Below, in pieces: positions 19,380 through 28,979 of a stretch of DNA of 64,000 nt (position 1 is the stretch's first letter; each line of letters opens with the position of its first letter). The position numbers were made by a program, and so were the translations under genes. The stretch is from contig CAZLBP010000004.1 of NCBI GenBank assembly GCA_964557855.1, positions 75,149-139,148 of the forward strand, read 5' to 3'. This DNA comes from an uncultured Ignavibacteriales bacterium. GTDB lineage: Bacteria > Zixibacteria > MSB-5A5 > GN15 > FEB-12. The notes below the pieces were generated by a model, which was not told the origin of the DNA, did no database searches, and saw nothing but the letters and a program-made list of their open reading frames with translations.

Positions 19380-21695
19380 TCATCTTACCAGCACCATCTT
19401 CTTCACCTCGGAAAACTCAGCCGTTTCCAGCCTGTAGAAGTAAACGCCGCTGGGAGCCGTACTCCCCTGACCATTAGTGCCATCCCAGTAAACAGTATAC
19501 CTGCCTGCGGGGAGACGCCCGCGAACAAGGACTCTGACCGGCTGCCCGAGTACATTATATACAGTAAGGGAGGCCTCTGCCCGGGCCGGCAATTCAAACT
19601 CAATCACCGTTTGAGGATTAAAGGGATTGGGATAATTCTGTCCCAGTGAATATGTAAACGGCAGCACCGTTTCATCGGTAATAATGTCGGTTGTGATCGA
19701 CGGCGTAAACGAAATCCGGTTGATAACATACCCTTCTTTCACGGCTGCAATCGTGTATTCCGCACCCAACTCCAATTCGGTTAACAATGTCGCCTGACCC
19801 GCCGCGTCGGTAGCAGTGCGTTCCACCAGATCGGATTCCCGGCTCAGGATGATGGAGCAATCCGCCACAACTTCTTCTTCATCGGTAACAAAGAGGAAAG
19901 TGAAACTGGAATTGTATTCAACCGTCATATCCAGCATCGACGGTACGTCGGAATAGACTCGAAGGGTGGGGTCGCCATGGAAATTCTGTCCCAGCACCAG
20001 GTCACGATAGTAGTAGTATTCGGCCTGGGCCGCATACATCGCCTCGATCGCGGCGCAATCAGGATGAGCAAAGAGTAAGTCTATGAAGGCTCTTTGCAGC
20101 AGATGGCTCTTGCTGACCCAGCCCCAACGGGAATAGCCGATAAACCCGACCGCACCTGCCTCCGGAAGCGATAAGAGCTGTTCCGCTATGAGCGGATTGG
20201 TGTAGCAGAAAGGGGGATTATCCTGATCGAAACCGGTGCAATTGCATGACACCGAATAATAGAATGCCGTTCGATTGTTCGGCTCAAGAGCTGCAAATGT
20301 GCCGTGATCACCGGTGGGCTCGTCCGTTATGAAATAGGACTTCGGCCAGTCATTGTATTTGCTCGTGCGCACGGCAAAAGCGTCACTTCTGCCATGCGCC
20401 AGGATATTGACAAAACCGTAACCCTGAGATAATTTCTCGATCAATTCCGGAGCAGTTTGATTGTCCGGAATCGGCGCGCCGCCGCTGGGACTTTCTAAGC
20501 CGTTTGTTGTGTCGATGACGCAGTGCCCCGGATAACCTTGCGCCAGCAGCGCGTGTTGACCTTCCAGGCCGTAGTCGCGCATCTGGTCCGATGAGAAGAA
20601 GAAAACGCGGTTAAGATAATCCGCATTGTTATTGCCGGGCGCCGTTTCGTAGGCTATCAGCTTGTCCGTGTACGCCGCGAACTGGTCGGGACGGTTGAAG
20701 GGCAGTCGCCCGACCAGCAGTTCCGGAGTGAAATCGGCCAGGTCGTCGAGATACTCGCCCCAGACCCCGTCGTCGTCTGCGTCCCACTCGCCCGTCAGGT
20801 CCGCGAAATACAGGTCGGCAATCTGGAGGTTCGATAGTTCCGGCTTCTCGGCGGCGGTTGCGTGGAAGGCATAGCGGGTCGGCAGCACCGTTTCATCCCC
20901 GGCCAACAGAACGTAACGACCGCCCCGAGAATGGAATTGTTTCAAGTATTCGCGCAGTTTCTCGGCATCGTCGCGACCCGAGTGAGCGGCTACTATATCC
21001 TCGATCGCGACGACATCAGCGGCATATCCGGTGGACGTTTTGTATCGGTCCAGCGGGAGCAGCGATTCAGAAAGCTCGGCCGAGGTAATGATGACATAGT
21101 CTGCATCCGCTTGCGACGGAGCCAGGGTACCGGAACGGGTAGCATCCTCTTGAAGACAAGTCTCCGCTTGATCAATCAGTTCGTCGGCCGAGACGACCCG
21201 ATCAGCGACTCTTATAGTCACCAACTCGTTCAGGAGAAACGATCCAGAGGAATCGACCGTAACCGGAAAAACGACAATCCTGGCTAATCTCCGCTCTGAG
21301 CACCTGATTTCACGGTCAACGTAGATGACACTGTGACCCAGTTTCGGGGCGGAGTCGGGATAGGTGACGGTAGGTACTGTAGCCCCGTCAAGTGCGGTCG
21401 GTACATCCGGCCGGGGACTCTGGAGTTTGACCTCAGTAAGTGGCGCCGAGCGGACTACCGACCATGATAGCGAGCTGATTTGTTCGCCCGGTCTTAAACA
21501 AATATAGTAGACTTCGGTCGGCAGACAGAGACCCTGTAACACTACAAGCGACTGACAGTCCGAATAGGCAATCTCGGTAGTACCGATTTCGTAACGAACA
21601 AGGGCCGGATCGAATTCGAGCGTGCGCGTTTCCGCGGCGGAAGTATAGCCGATAAGGACCACTACGGGCAGTGCACAATAGAACAGGATTCGCAA
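19380..21695 (-). CDS. C25 (gingipain/PorU-family) cysteine peptidase with T9SS-type C-terminal domain
   Basis: YVIIT, YVLLAGD, DLYFADL, VGRLP, catalytic AHG and SC, GDP; CTD LGQNYPNPFNP...GVYFYRL...KKMVLVR. Confidence 0.88.
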   Translation of the reverse strand: MRILFYCALPVVVLIGYTSAAETRTLEFDPALVRYEIGTTEIAYSDCQSLVVLQGLCLPTEVYYICLRPGEQISSLSWSVVRSAPLTEVKLQSPRPDVPTALDGATVPTVTYPDSAPKLGHSVIYVDREIRCSERRLARIVVFPVTVDSSGSFLLNELVTIRVADRVVSADELIDQAETCLQEDATRSGTLAPSQADADYVIITSAELSESLLPLDRYKTSTGYAADVVAIEDIVAAHSGRDDAEKLREYLKQFHSRGGRYVLLAGDETVLPTRYAFHATAAEKPELSNLQIADLYFADLTGEWDADDDGVWGEYLDDLADFTPELLVGRLPFNRPDQFAAYTDKLIAYETAPGNNNADYLNRVFFFSSDQMRDYGLEGQHALLAQGYPGHCVIDTTNGLESPSGGAPIPDNQTAPELIEKLSQGYGFVNILAHGRSDAFAVRTSKYNDWPKSYFITDEPTGDHGTFAALEPNNRTAFYYSVSCNCTGFDQDNPPFCYTNPLIAEQLLSLPEAGAVGFIGYSRWGWVSKSHLLQRAFIDLLFAHPDCAAIEAMYAAQAEYYYYRDLVLGQNFHGDPTLRVYSDVPSMLDMTVEYNSSFTFLFVTDEEEVVADCSIILSRESDLVERTATDAAGQATLLTELELGAEYTIAAVKEGYVINRISFTPSITTDIITDETVLPFTYSLGQNYPNPFNPQTVIEFELPARAEASLTVYNVLGQPVRVLVRGRLPAGRYTVYWDGTNGQGSTAPSGVYFYRLETAEFSEVKKMVLVR

Positions 21696-22052
21696 TTCGT
21701 ACCCCCTGTTTCAATATGAACATCAAGTGTTCTTGTGCATAAATCGGCCCGCGCCCTACGAAAAATGAGCAGAAAATAGATCAATCAGCAAGCTATTGAG
21801 TGGCATGAGCTTGGCTGCCCGTATTGAAGTGGCGGTGCGCCGCCGGATCTAAGGTTTCCAGTTTCCGTTGAAGAAACCACACCGGCAATAAGGGCGTTCG
21901 GACTATATCTATTGGAATGTCAACAAAAATCTTGTGTCTCCACATGACTATGGGACAGTGGATTACGTCCGGACAAAGTTGTGTCAGCGAAAACACCTTG
22001 CATACTTGACAGTTAACTATATATATTTATTGAGCTTATCTCAAAAAATCTC

Positions 22053-22117
22053 TTGACATTAATTATCCGGAAGTGGTATTTAGTGGGAAGTTATGGGTGA
22101 ATGTGGGTAGTAAGGGT
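22053..22117 (+). promoter_or_regulatory. dcw promoter with MraZ-binding direct repeats
   Basis: TTGACA at 22053; GTGGT/GTGGG/ATGGG/GTGGG at 22073, 22083, 22093, 22103 (10-bp period). Confidence 0.8.
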
Positions 22118-22123
22118 AAACTG

Positions 22124-22597
22124 GTGAGTGGATTTTTCGGACAATACCATACCACACTTGATGAAAAAGGTCGATTTGCGCTTCCTTCGAAGCTCCGTAA
22201 CGTCATGGGAGCCAATGGGAAGCCTCTGCTCAGCGGTTCTCCGGTTCTGACCGCAGGTCTGGACGGCTGTCTGTGTCTGTATCCGGAGGACGAGTGGCAG
22301 AGAATGGAGGATCGGCTGTCCACCCTACCCTTTACTCGCAAGGATTTTCGCTATTTCAGTCGCCGCTTATACGAAGCGGCCGCCATGGTGGCACCTGATC
22401 GCAGCGGCAGGATACTCATTCCGTCTCATCTCATTCAGGCTGTGGGACTGGAAAAGGATCTGCTGGTGACGGGTGTGAACCGGTGGATTGAGATTTGGAA
22501 CCCCCAGCGCCACAGCGATTACCTGGAGCAGTTTGGACGCAGCTATGAGGAAGTAGCCGAGCAACTGTTTTCCGGCCAGGATGACCAACAGGAGTAA
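22124..22597 (+). CDS. mraZ: Transcriptional regulator MraZ
   Basis: LDEKGRFALP and DRSGRILIP repeats; IEIW. Confidence 0.95.
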   Translation: MSGFFGQYHTTLDEKGRFALPSKLRNVMGANGKPLLSGSPVLTAGLDGCLCLYPEDEWQRMEDRLSTLPFTRKDFRYFSRRLYEAAAMVAPDRSGRILIPSHLIQAVGLEKDLLVTGVNRWIEIWNPQRHSDYLEQFGRSYEEVAEQLFSGQDDQQE

Positions 22598-23528
22598 AGG
22601 AATGCATCTGCCGGTCCTGGCCGGTGAGGTGGCCGCTTTAATGGTCAGGGATCCGGAGGGCGCCTTTCTCGATCTGACAGTTGGAGCCGGTGGTCATCTC
22701 CGGGCGCTGTCCCGGCTGGCCGAGCCATCGGCCCGGTTGTATGGCATAGACCAGGATCCCCAGGCGGTTGAACTGGCCGGGCGGGTTCTGGGGGATTGCC
22801 CCCAGAGAGGGGAGATCGCCCACGGTTGGTTCGACAATGTAGTCGAGATAACGCAGACATTTGAGGACACGGAGTTTAACGGAATCCTGATCGACATGGG
22901 AATGTCATCGATGCAACTGGACGCAGTGACACGCGGCTTCTCTTTTCAAAGCGCCAGCCCCCTGGACATGCGTTTTGACCCCGGTGGCACGGATCAGACC
23001 GCGGCGGAAATTATAAACACGCTGCCGGAGCGCAGCCTGGTGGATATCATTCGCAAATACAGCGAGGAAAGGCTGGCGCCGAAAATCGCCAGAGCCATTG
23101 TGAAGAGGCGAGAGCAAGAGGAGATCCGGACGACTTCGCAACTCATGGCTGTTCTGAGTTCAATCGTCAAGGGACCACATCAGCAAAAGACGTTCGCGCG
23201 GGTGTTCATGGCGTTGCGGATAGCCGTCAACTCGGAATTGGAGAGGTTGTCACGCGCGCTGCCCCAAGCCTTGCAGTTGCTTCGCCCGGGAGGGAGGTTG
23301 GCGGTAATCTCGTACCATTCGCTGGAAGACCGCATCGTGAAACGTTTCTTCCAGCAGGAAGCCAAAGGCTGTATCTGCCCTTCCGACGTACCCGTTTGCG
23401 TGTGCGGGAGAGAGCCCGGGATGCAGATCATCACGAAGAAGCCGGTAACCCCCAGCGCGAAGGAAGTAGAAACGAATCCGCGGGCTCGCTCAGCGAAACT
23501 GAGAGTCGCGGAGAGACTAACAGCATGA
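22581..23528 (+). CDS. rsmH: 16S rRNA m4C1402 methyltransferase
   Basis: HLPVL, DLTVGAGGH, PLDMRF, SYHSLEDRIVK, NPRARSAKLR. Confidence 0.96.
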   Translation: MTNRSKGMHLPVLAGEVAALMVRDPEGAFLDLTVGAGGHLRALSRLAEPSARLYGIDQDPQAVELAGRVLGDCPQRGEIAHGWFDNVVEITQTFEDTEFNGILIDMGMSSMQLDAVTRGFSFQSASPLDMRFDPGGTDQTAAEIINTLPERSLVDIIRKYSEERLAPKIARAIVKRREQEEIRTTSQLMAVLSSIVKGPHQQKTFARVFMALRIAVNSELERLSRALPQALQLLRPGGRLAVISYHSLEDRIVKRFFQQEAKGCICPSDVPVCVCGREPGMQIITKKPVTPSAKEVETNPRARSAKLRVAERLTA

Positions 23529-24016
23529 GAGATGCCATAAGGAAATTCAGTGAGTCGGCGGAATTGCGCGCCTCCTTGCTCAATCGGATCCGCACCCATC
23601 GGTACTTCCAGTGGTCGCTGCTGGGATTGGTGATTCTGATCGTAGCCAGTATTCACATCTGGCAGCGTGTGACCATCCTTGATCTGGTCCACGAAGTGTC
23701 ACTGCTGCGGCAAGAGCATGCACAACTGGTCGATGATTCCAAGAAGATGACCTCGGAGATCACGCTGCTTTCATCCGCTTCACGCATTCGCCGGTATGCG
23801 GAAGATACGCTCGGGCTGGTGACGGTTGCTCCGGAGAACATGTACACGCTGGTGCGGACGGAATACGAGCCGGAGGAAGCGGACGATGTTTCTCGTTTGC
23901 TGACGGCGCTGCGACGAGCGACTACTTACATGCCGGCGGTGTCTATAACGCAAGCTTCGGCTTCAACGCTGCCTCAGATCCTGGCTGACTCGCTCACCAG
24001 GATGGAGGGTGAATGA
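23525..24016 (+). CDS. ftsL: Cell division protein FtsL-like
   Basis: Lies between rsmH and ftsI; single TM plus leucine-zipper, LSSASRIRRYA..LGL. Confidence 0.7.
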   Translation: MRDAIRKFSESAELRASLLNRIRTHRYFQWSLLGLVILIVASIHIWQRVTILDLVHEVSLLRQEHAQLVDDSKKMTSEITLLSSASRIRRYAEDTLGLVTVAPENMYTLVRTEYEPEEADDVSRLLTALRRATTYMPAVSITQASASTLPQILADSLTRMEGE

Positions 24017-26097
24017 AACGCACCAGACATGAACGGCTCCGACTGGGCTGGTTATACGTCGCAGTCTGTCTGGTATTCGCCGTTATAGGCGCCCGCCTGG
24101 TGCAGCTTCAGGTCGTCAAGCACGCACAGTATGGTGATATCGTGAATCAGCAGTCCAGCGGCAGAGTCGCCATACCTGCGGAACGGGGTCTTATTTTCGA
24201 CCGGAACGGCGTCAATGTTGCCAACAACGTGACTCGGGCGTCGTTGTATGCACACCCGCTGAGCCCGGATGAACTGGCACAGGTTTCTCGATATATCGGG
24301 GGCTTGTTCAACATGTCGTCAAGCGAGGTGAGTCGCGAATATGGCTTGAAGGTTGGCAAGTTTCGCTGGATTGAGCGCCATATATCAGACGTTTTGGCCG
24401 CCAGGATCAGGAGCGATCGGACCGTGCCGACAGGATTGTTTCTGCGACAGGAGACCAGACGGGAATATCCGCAAGGACTGGTCGGGAAGCAGATTCTCGG
24501 ATTCACGAATATCGATAACCGAGGCCAGGCCGGCCTGGAACTGGCCTACGATTCGTTGTTGGCAGGCAAAAAAGGCTGGGCCGACATTCGCCGGGACGGA
24601 CTCCGAAACCTGTATCGTGTCAATGAACAATCTCTCGTTAAGCCGTTGCCGGGCAAATCACTGATTCTCACCGTCGACTGGCGGTTGCAGGAAATCCTTG
24701 AAGAGGAGCTCCGGCACGGAGTGGACTCGTTTCAGGCGACCCAGGCCATGGGGGCGTTCGTGGACTGTCGCACAGGCGAGGTTTTGGCGATCGCTCATTT
24801 CGATCCGGATGAAAAGCACGCGCACAGACCCGACAAACTTCGACCGGTAACCGACCTGTTCGAGCCCGGTTCGATCTTCAAAGCCATAACTGCGGCGGGG
24901 CTCTTAGACGCCGGACAGGTAGATTTTGCCGAAACCACGTATTGTGAAAACGGACAGTGGCGGGTCGGCCGTCGTACGCTGCATGATGACAAGGAACTGG
25001 GCTGGCTAACGTTCCGGGAGATAATAGAGCTCTCGAGCAATATTGGTATCGCCAAGTACGCCCTCAATCTGGGCGGTGATAATCTGTATGAAACAGCCCG
25101 GCAGTTTGGTTTCGGTGAGAAGACGAATGTCGGAATCGGCGGGGAAGCGGGAGGCAGTGTTTACCTTCCCCAGCGCTGGTCCGACTACACCGTGGCGGCG
25201 CTTTCATTTGGTCATTCGATTTCCGTCACTTGTTTGCAGATGACAATGGCCATGGCGGCGATCGCCAACGGAGGTGAGCTGCTGCGACCCCAGTTGGTCC
25301 TGTGCGCGGCAGATGAAAAAGGACGAGTGACCCGTCTCTGGGGCAGAGAAGTCGTACGACGGGTCATGGAGGAAGAGTCCGTAGACAGTCTTCAGGCGTT
25401 CTTACGGGGCGTCGTTGAGCGCGGCACCGCCAAGAAGGCGGAGTTGCCGGCCGTGCCGCTGGCGGGCAAAACCGGAACCGCGGAATTGACCCGGGCGGAC
25501 GGACGCGGCTACCACAAAAACAAATTCGTCGCCAGCTTCGCAGGATTCTTTCCGTATGAAGAACCGGCCGTGGCCGGGATTATCGCCCTGTGGGAACCGG
25601 AGCCGATCCATTACGGGGGGCACACGGCAGGACCGATTTTTCGCAATATCGTGGAGCGGTACATGGTGACCAACCCGGACTTCCTGGCCGTGGACAACAG
25701 AACACTGACGGATCAGAAACAACCTTCCAAACACACGGTTCAGGTACCGGACTTGACAGGGCGTGGCATCACACAGGCGCGGGCTTTGGCCGACGAAAGA
25801 GGAATTACACTCCGGGGAAATGCCGACAGCGGTATTGTCGTCTGGCAATATCCGGCTGCCGACAGAATTGTCTTCCATGGGAATGAAGTACTGGTCGCGG
25901 TAGTTTCGGAAGCGGAACAGCCTCCGGCTATGATTGATCTGCACGGTCTCTCGGTACGGCAGGCATCGGCATTTCTGGCGTTTGTGGGTATAAACGGTAG
26001 AGTCAAGGGTCATGGTCGGGTTGTCGACCAATCGATCCCTCCCGGGGAAGTAATCAACAAAAACGAGGTGTGCTGGTTGCGCTGTCAACCCATATAG
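24013..26097 (+). CDS. ftsI: Class B penicillin-binding protein with PASTA domains
   Basis: RGLIFDRNG, SxxK (GSIFK), SSN, KTG; C-terminal VPDLTG/MIDLHG PASTA-like repeats. Confidence 0.95.
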   Translation: MKRTRHERLRLGWLYVAVCLVFAVIGARLVQLQVVKHAQYGDIVNQQSSGRVAIPAERGLIFDRNGVNVANNVTRASLYAHPLSPDELAQVSRYIGGLFNMSSSEVSREYGLKVGKFRWIERHISDVLAARIRSDRTVPTGLFLRQETRREYPQGLVGKQILGFTNIDNRGQAGLELAYDSLLAGKKGWADIRRDGLRNLYRVNEQSLVKPLPGKSLILTVDWRLQEILEEELRHGVDSFQATQAMGAFVDCRTGEVLAIAHFDPDEKHAHRPDKLRPVTDLFEPGSIFKAITAAGLLDAGQVDFAETTYCENGQWRVGRRTLHDDKELGWLTFREIIELSSNIGIAKYALNLGGDNLYETARQFGFGEKTNVGIGGEAGGSVYLPQRWSDYTVAALSFGHSISVTCLQMTMAMAAIANGGELLRPQLVLCAADEKGRVTRLWGREVVRRVMEEESVDSLQAFLRGVVERGTAKKAELPAVPLAGKTGTAELTRADGRGYHKNKFVASFAGFFPYEEPAVAGIIALWEPEPIHYGGHTAGPIFRNIVERYMVTNPDFLAVDNRTLTDQKQPSKHTVQVPDLTGRGITQARALADERGITLRGNADSGIVVWQYPAADRIVFHGNEVLVAVVSEAEQPPAMIDLHGLSVRQASAFLAFVGINGRVKGHGRVVDQSIPPGEVINKNEVCWLRCQPI

Positions 26098-26106
26098 GAG
26101 GATGCC

Positions 26107-27591
26107 ATAAAGCTCTCGGACCTGATGAAGGGAATCACGGATGCCAAGATCAGCGGTGAAGCTGGTGTTGAGATCGAACACCTGGAGTACGACTCGCGTC
26201 TTGTGCGGGAGAACAGTCTGTTCTTCGCCGTGACCGGCTTCAAGCGCGACGGGTACGAGTTCGTCGAAGACGCCCGCGCCCGCGGAGCGGTAGCCGTCAT
26301 GGGTGAACGTGAGGCCCACCCGGGCGTGCCCGTTCACGTGCAGGTCCCTGACGTGCGTGCGGCCATGGCTGACGTAGCGGCCGCGTTTTACGGTTATCCC
26401 GGCAAGAACCTCAACATCTGCGGCGTCACCGGCACCAACGGTAAAACCACCACCTGTCACCTGATACGGACCATACTCGACGGCGATTACCGTAAGACTG
26501 GGATAATCTGTTCCGCTATCTACGATACCGGCGCCGAACAATTCCCGGCGGAGCGCACCACGCCGGAATCGTTGGATCTGCAGAGGCTTTTATACCTGAT
26601 GATCGCCAACGCCTGTACGGACGCGGTCATCGAGGTTTCCTCTCACGCCCTGATTTTGAAACGAGTCGAACATATAGACTTTACGGTTGTCGTTTATACC
26701 AATCTGACCCGCGATCACCTCGATTTCCACGAGTCGATGGATGATTATCTTCGGGCCAAAGCCCTGTTGCTGGACAAGCTCTCCGGAGCGCGTGTGTGCG
26801 CCGTTATTAATATCGACGTTCCGGAGTTTCGTCCTTTGTTCGGAGGATTAACCAGCGATACGATTAGTTATTCGCTCCAGGACAGTTCGGCCGACGTGTA
26901 CTGCGCCAGTTACAAACTGGAACCACATCAGACGGCCTTCGATGTCGTGACGCCTCAGGGAGCGCGCACGGTGGTATTCGGGCTGCCGGGTAAGTTTAAC
27001 CTGTTGAACGGGATAGCGGCCACGGCCGGCGGGCTGGCCGGCGGGGTGGAGCTTGATGCCGTGGTACACGGTCTGGAAGCGGCTCAGCCCGTTCCCGGGC
27101 GTTTCGTGCCGATCTCGGCAGGGCAGCCGTTTGCGCTCATCGTGGACTACGCCCACACCCCCGATGCGCTGGAACGTCTGTGTGAGTCCGCACGGGACTT
27201 TTGCCGTGGCCGAGTCCTGCTTCTATTCGGTTGCGGCGGGGATCGTGATCGCGGCAAACGTGCGCTTATGGGAACTGCGGCCACGACTCATGCCGATCGG
27301 GCCGTGGTGACATCGGACAATCCCCGAAGTGAGGATCCGCAGGCGATAATCGAAGAAATTAAACCTGGACTAAGTCGTGATAATTACGAGATAGAGCCCG
27401 ATCGAGAAGCCGCCATCGCCCTGATCTTGAATCAAGCCCGTGAGGGTGATGTCGTACTTCTGGCCGGCAAAGGTGCGGAAAACTACCAGGAGATCAAAGG
27501 TGAACGGCACCCGTTTGATGACGCTCGGGTCGCTCGGCAAGTTTTGGCCGACCTGGGCTACAAACCGGAAAACACGGTTGAGGAGCATTGA
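26107..27591 (+). CDS. murE: UDP-MurNAc-Ala-Glu:meso-DAP ligase
   Basis: GTNGKTTT, TTPE, EVSSH, DYAHTPD, DNPR; likely ATA start at 26107 (ATG alternative at 26125). Confidence 0.96.
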   Translation: MKLSDLMKGITDAKISGEAGVEIEHLEYDSRLVRENSLFFAVTGFKRDGYEFVEDARARGAVAVMGEREAHPGVPVHVQVPDVRAAMADVAAAFYGYPGKNLNICGVTGTNGKTTTCHLIRTILDGDYRKTGIICSAIYDTGAEQFPAERTTPESLDLQRLLYLMIANACTDAVIEVSSHALILKRVEHIDFTVVVYTNLTRDHLDFHESMDDYLRAKALLLDKLSGARVCAVINIDVPEFRPLFGGLTSDTISYSLQDSSADVYCASYKLEPHQTAFDVVTPQGARTVVFGLPGKFNLLNGIAATAGGLAGGVELDAVVHGLEAAQPVPGRFVPISAGQPFALIVDYAHTPDALERLCESARDFCRGRVLLLFGCGGDRDRGKRALMGTAATTHADRAVVTSDNPRSEDPQAIIEEIKPGLSRDNYEIEPDREAAIALILNQAREGDVVLLAGKGAENYQEIKGERHPFDDARVARQVLADLGYKPENTVEEH

Positions 27592-28979
27592 TCACTTTGC
27601 AGTTCGATAAAGCAGCCGCAATTGTCAACGGCACGTTGTACAACAGTGAAGCGGCGGGACGTGTTTTCCGCGGCGTCTCCATAGACAGCCGTACCGTGCA
27701 GCCGGGAGAGATGTTCATCGCCATCCGCGGGGAGCGCAATGACGGTCATGACTTCATCACCGGTGCGCTTGACCGGGGTGCAGCCGGCGTGATGGTCGAA
27801 TTCGCCTACCCTCGATTGGAGCATCTTCCAGGACACACGCCGGTCATTGCGGTGCCTCACAGCCACGAAGCCATGATGAAACTGGCCGCCGCCTATCGTC
27901 AGACCATTCCGGTTCGAATCATCGGTATCACCGGCTCCAACGGCAAAACGACGACCAAGGAACTGGCCTATCGATTGATTCTTGCACTGGAAGAGAAGAC
28001 GTACCGGTCACCCGGCAACTTGAACAATCTCTACGGCGCTCCGCTGGCGCTGCTGCGCATGCCCCGGGACACCCGATTCGCCGTGATGGAACTCGGTATA
28101 TCAACTCGGACGGAGATGCCGCGTCTGGCCGAACTGGTGAAGCCCGATGTTATCGTTCTTACCAATGTGGGCGCTACGCATTTGGAATTCCTGGGCTCGG
28201 TGGAGGCAGTGGCGCGGGCCAAACTGCAGCTGGTGGAGTTGGCCGCCGAGGATGTGCCGGTGATCGTTAATGCGGACGATGCTGTCCTGATGAGGGAAAC
28301 GAGGAAAGTGCGCAGTCGATTCACGACTTTCGGAATCGAACAGGCAGCCGATTTTAAACCCGAATCCATAGTGCAGGATGAATCCGGCGGCAGTAAGGTA
28401 GTCATCGAGAACAACAGTTTCTATTTGCCGCTTCTGGGCAGACACCAGATATCCAATCTGCTGGCCGCATATGCAGCCGCCAGGGCATTAGGGTGCAACT
28501 TGGATGACGTGGAAACAGCGGCTTTGGAGTTGAACACTGCGCCGTGGCGCGGCCAAAGCCTGCAGCGCGAAGGTATTCACTTCATTGCCGACTGCTACAA
28601 TGCCAATCCGGAATCCATGAAAGCCGGGGTGACGGCGTTCCTAAATCTGCCGGTGACGGGACGACGCTGGTTGATATTGGGAGATATGCTGGAACTGGGT
28701 CCGGATGCCGTGAAATATCACACGGAGATCGGCCGCGCAATAGCAAGGTATGAATTCGACAAGCTGGTAACGGTCGGACGTCTGGCAGAACATATTGGAC
28801 GAGGAGCCCGAGCGGCCGGCATACCCGATAACAAGCTGCTGCATTACGGAAACGCCGGACAGTGTGTCGCCGGATCGAAAGACATGCTTGCCTCCGGAGA
28901 CCACGTGTATCTCAAGGCGTCGAGAGGGATAGAGTTGGAGAAGATGCTCGAGGCCTATCGAAGCGGAGAGGATGCCTGA
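27588..28979 (+). CDS. murF: UDP-MurNAc-tripeptide:D-Ala-D-Ala ligase
   Basis: IDSR, GSNGKTTTKE, DCYNANPESM, GDMLELG, KASRG. Confidence 0.96.
   Translation: MITLQFDKAAAIVNGTLYNSEAAGRVFRGVSIDSRTVQPGEMFIAIRGERNDGHDFITGALDRGAAGVMVEFAYPRLEHLPGHTPVIAVPHSHEAMMKLAAAYRQTIPVRIIGITGSNGKTTTKELAYRLILALEEKTYRSPGNLNNLYGAPLALLRMPRDTRFAVMELGISTRTEMPRLAELVKPDVIVLTNVGATHLEFLGSVEAVARAKLQLVELAAEDVPVIVNADDAVLMRETRKVRSRFTTFGIEQAADFKPESIVQDESGGSKVVIENNSFYLPLLGRHQISNLLAAYAAARALGCNLDDVETAALELNTAPWRGQSLQREGIHFIADCYNANPESMKAGVTAFLNLPVTGRRWLILGDMLELGPDAVKYHTEIGRAIARYEFDKLVTVGRLAEHIGRGARAAGIPDNKLLHYGNAGQCVAGSKDMLASGDHVYLKASRGIELEKMLEAYRSGEDA

Noticed and set aside
26095-26097. TAG read-through giving an FtsI-MurE fusion
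   Set aside because: FtsI C-terminus is periplasmic and MurE cytoplasmic; a strong SD supports separate initiation; no pyrrolysine evidence
25402-26541. 379-aa antisense ORF and similar minus-strand ORFs across the dcw cluster
   Set aside because: Mirror frames of well-conserved genes
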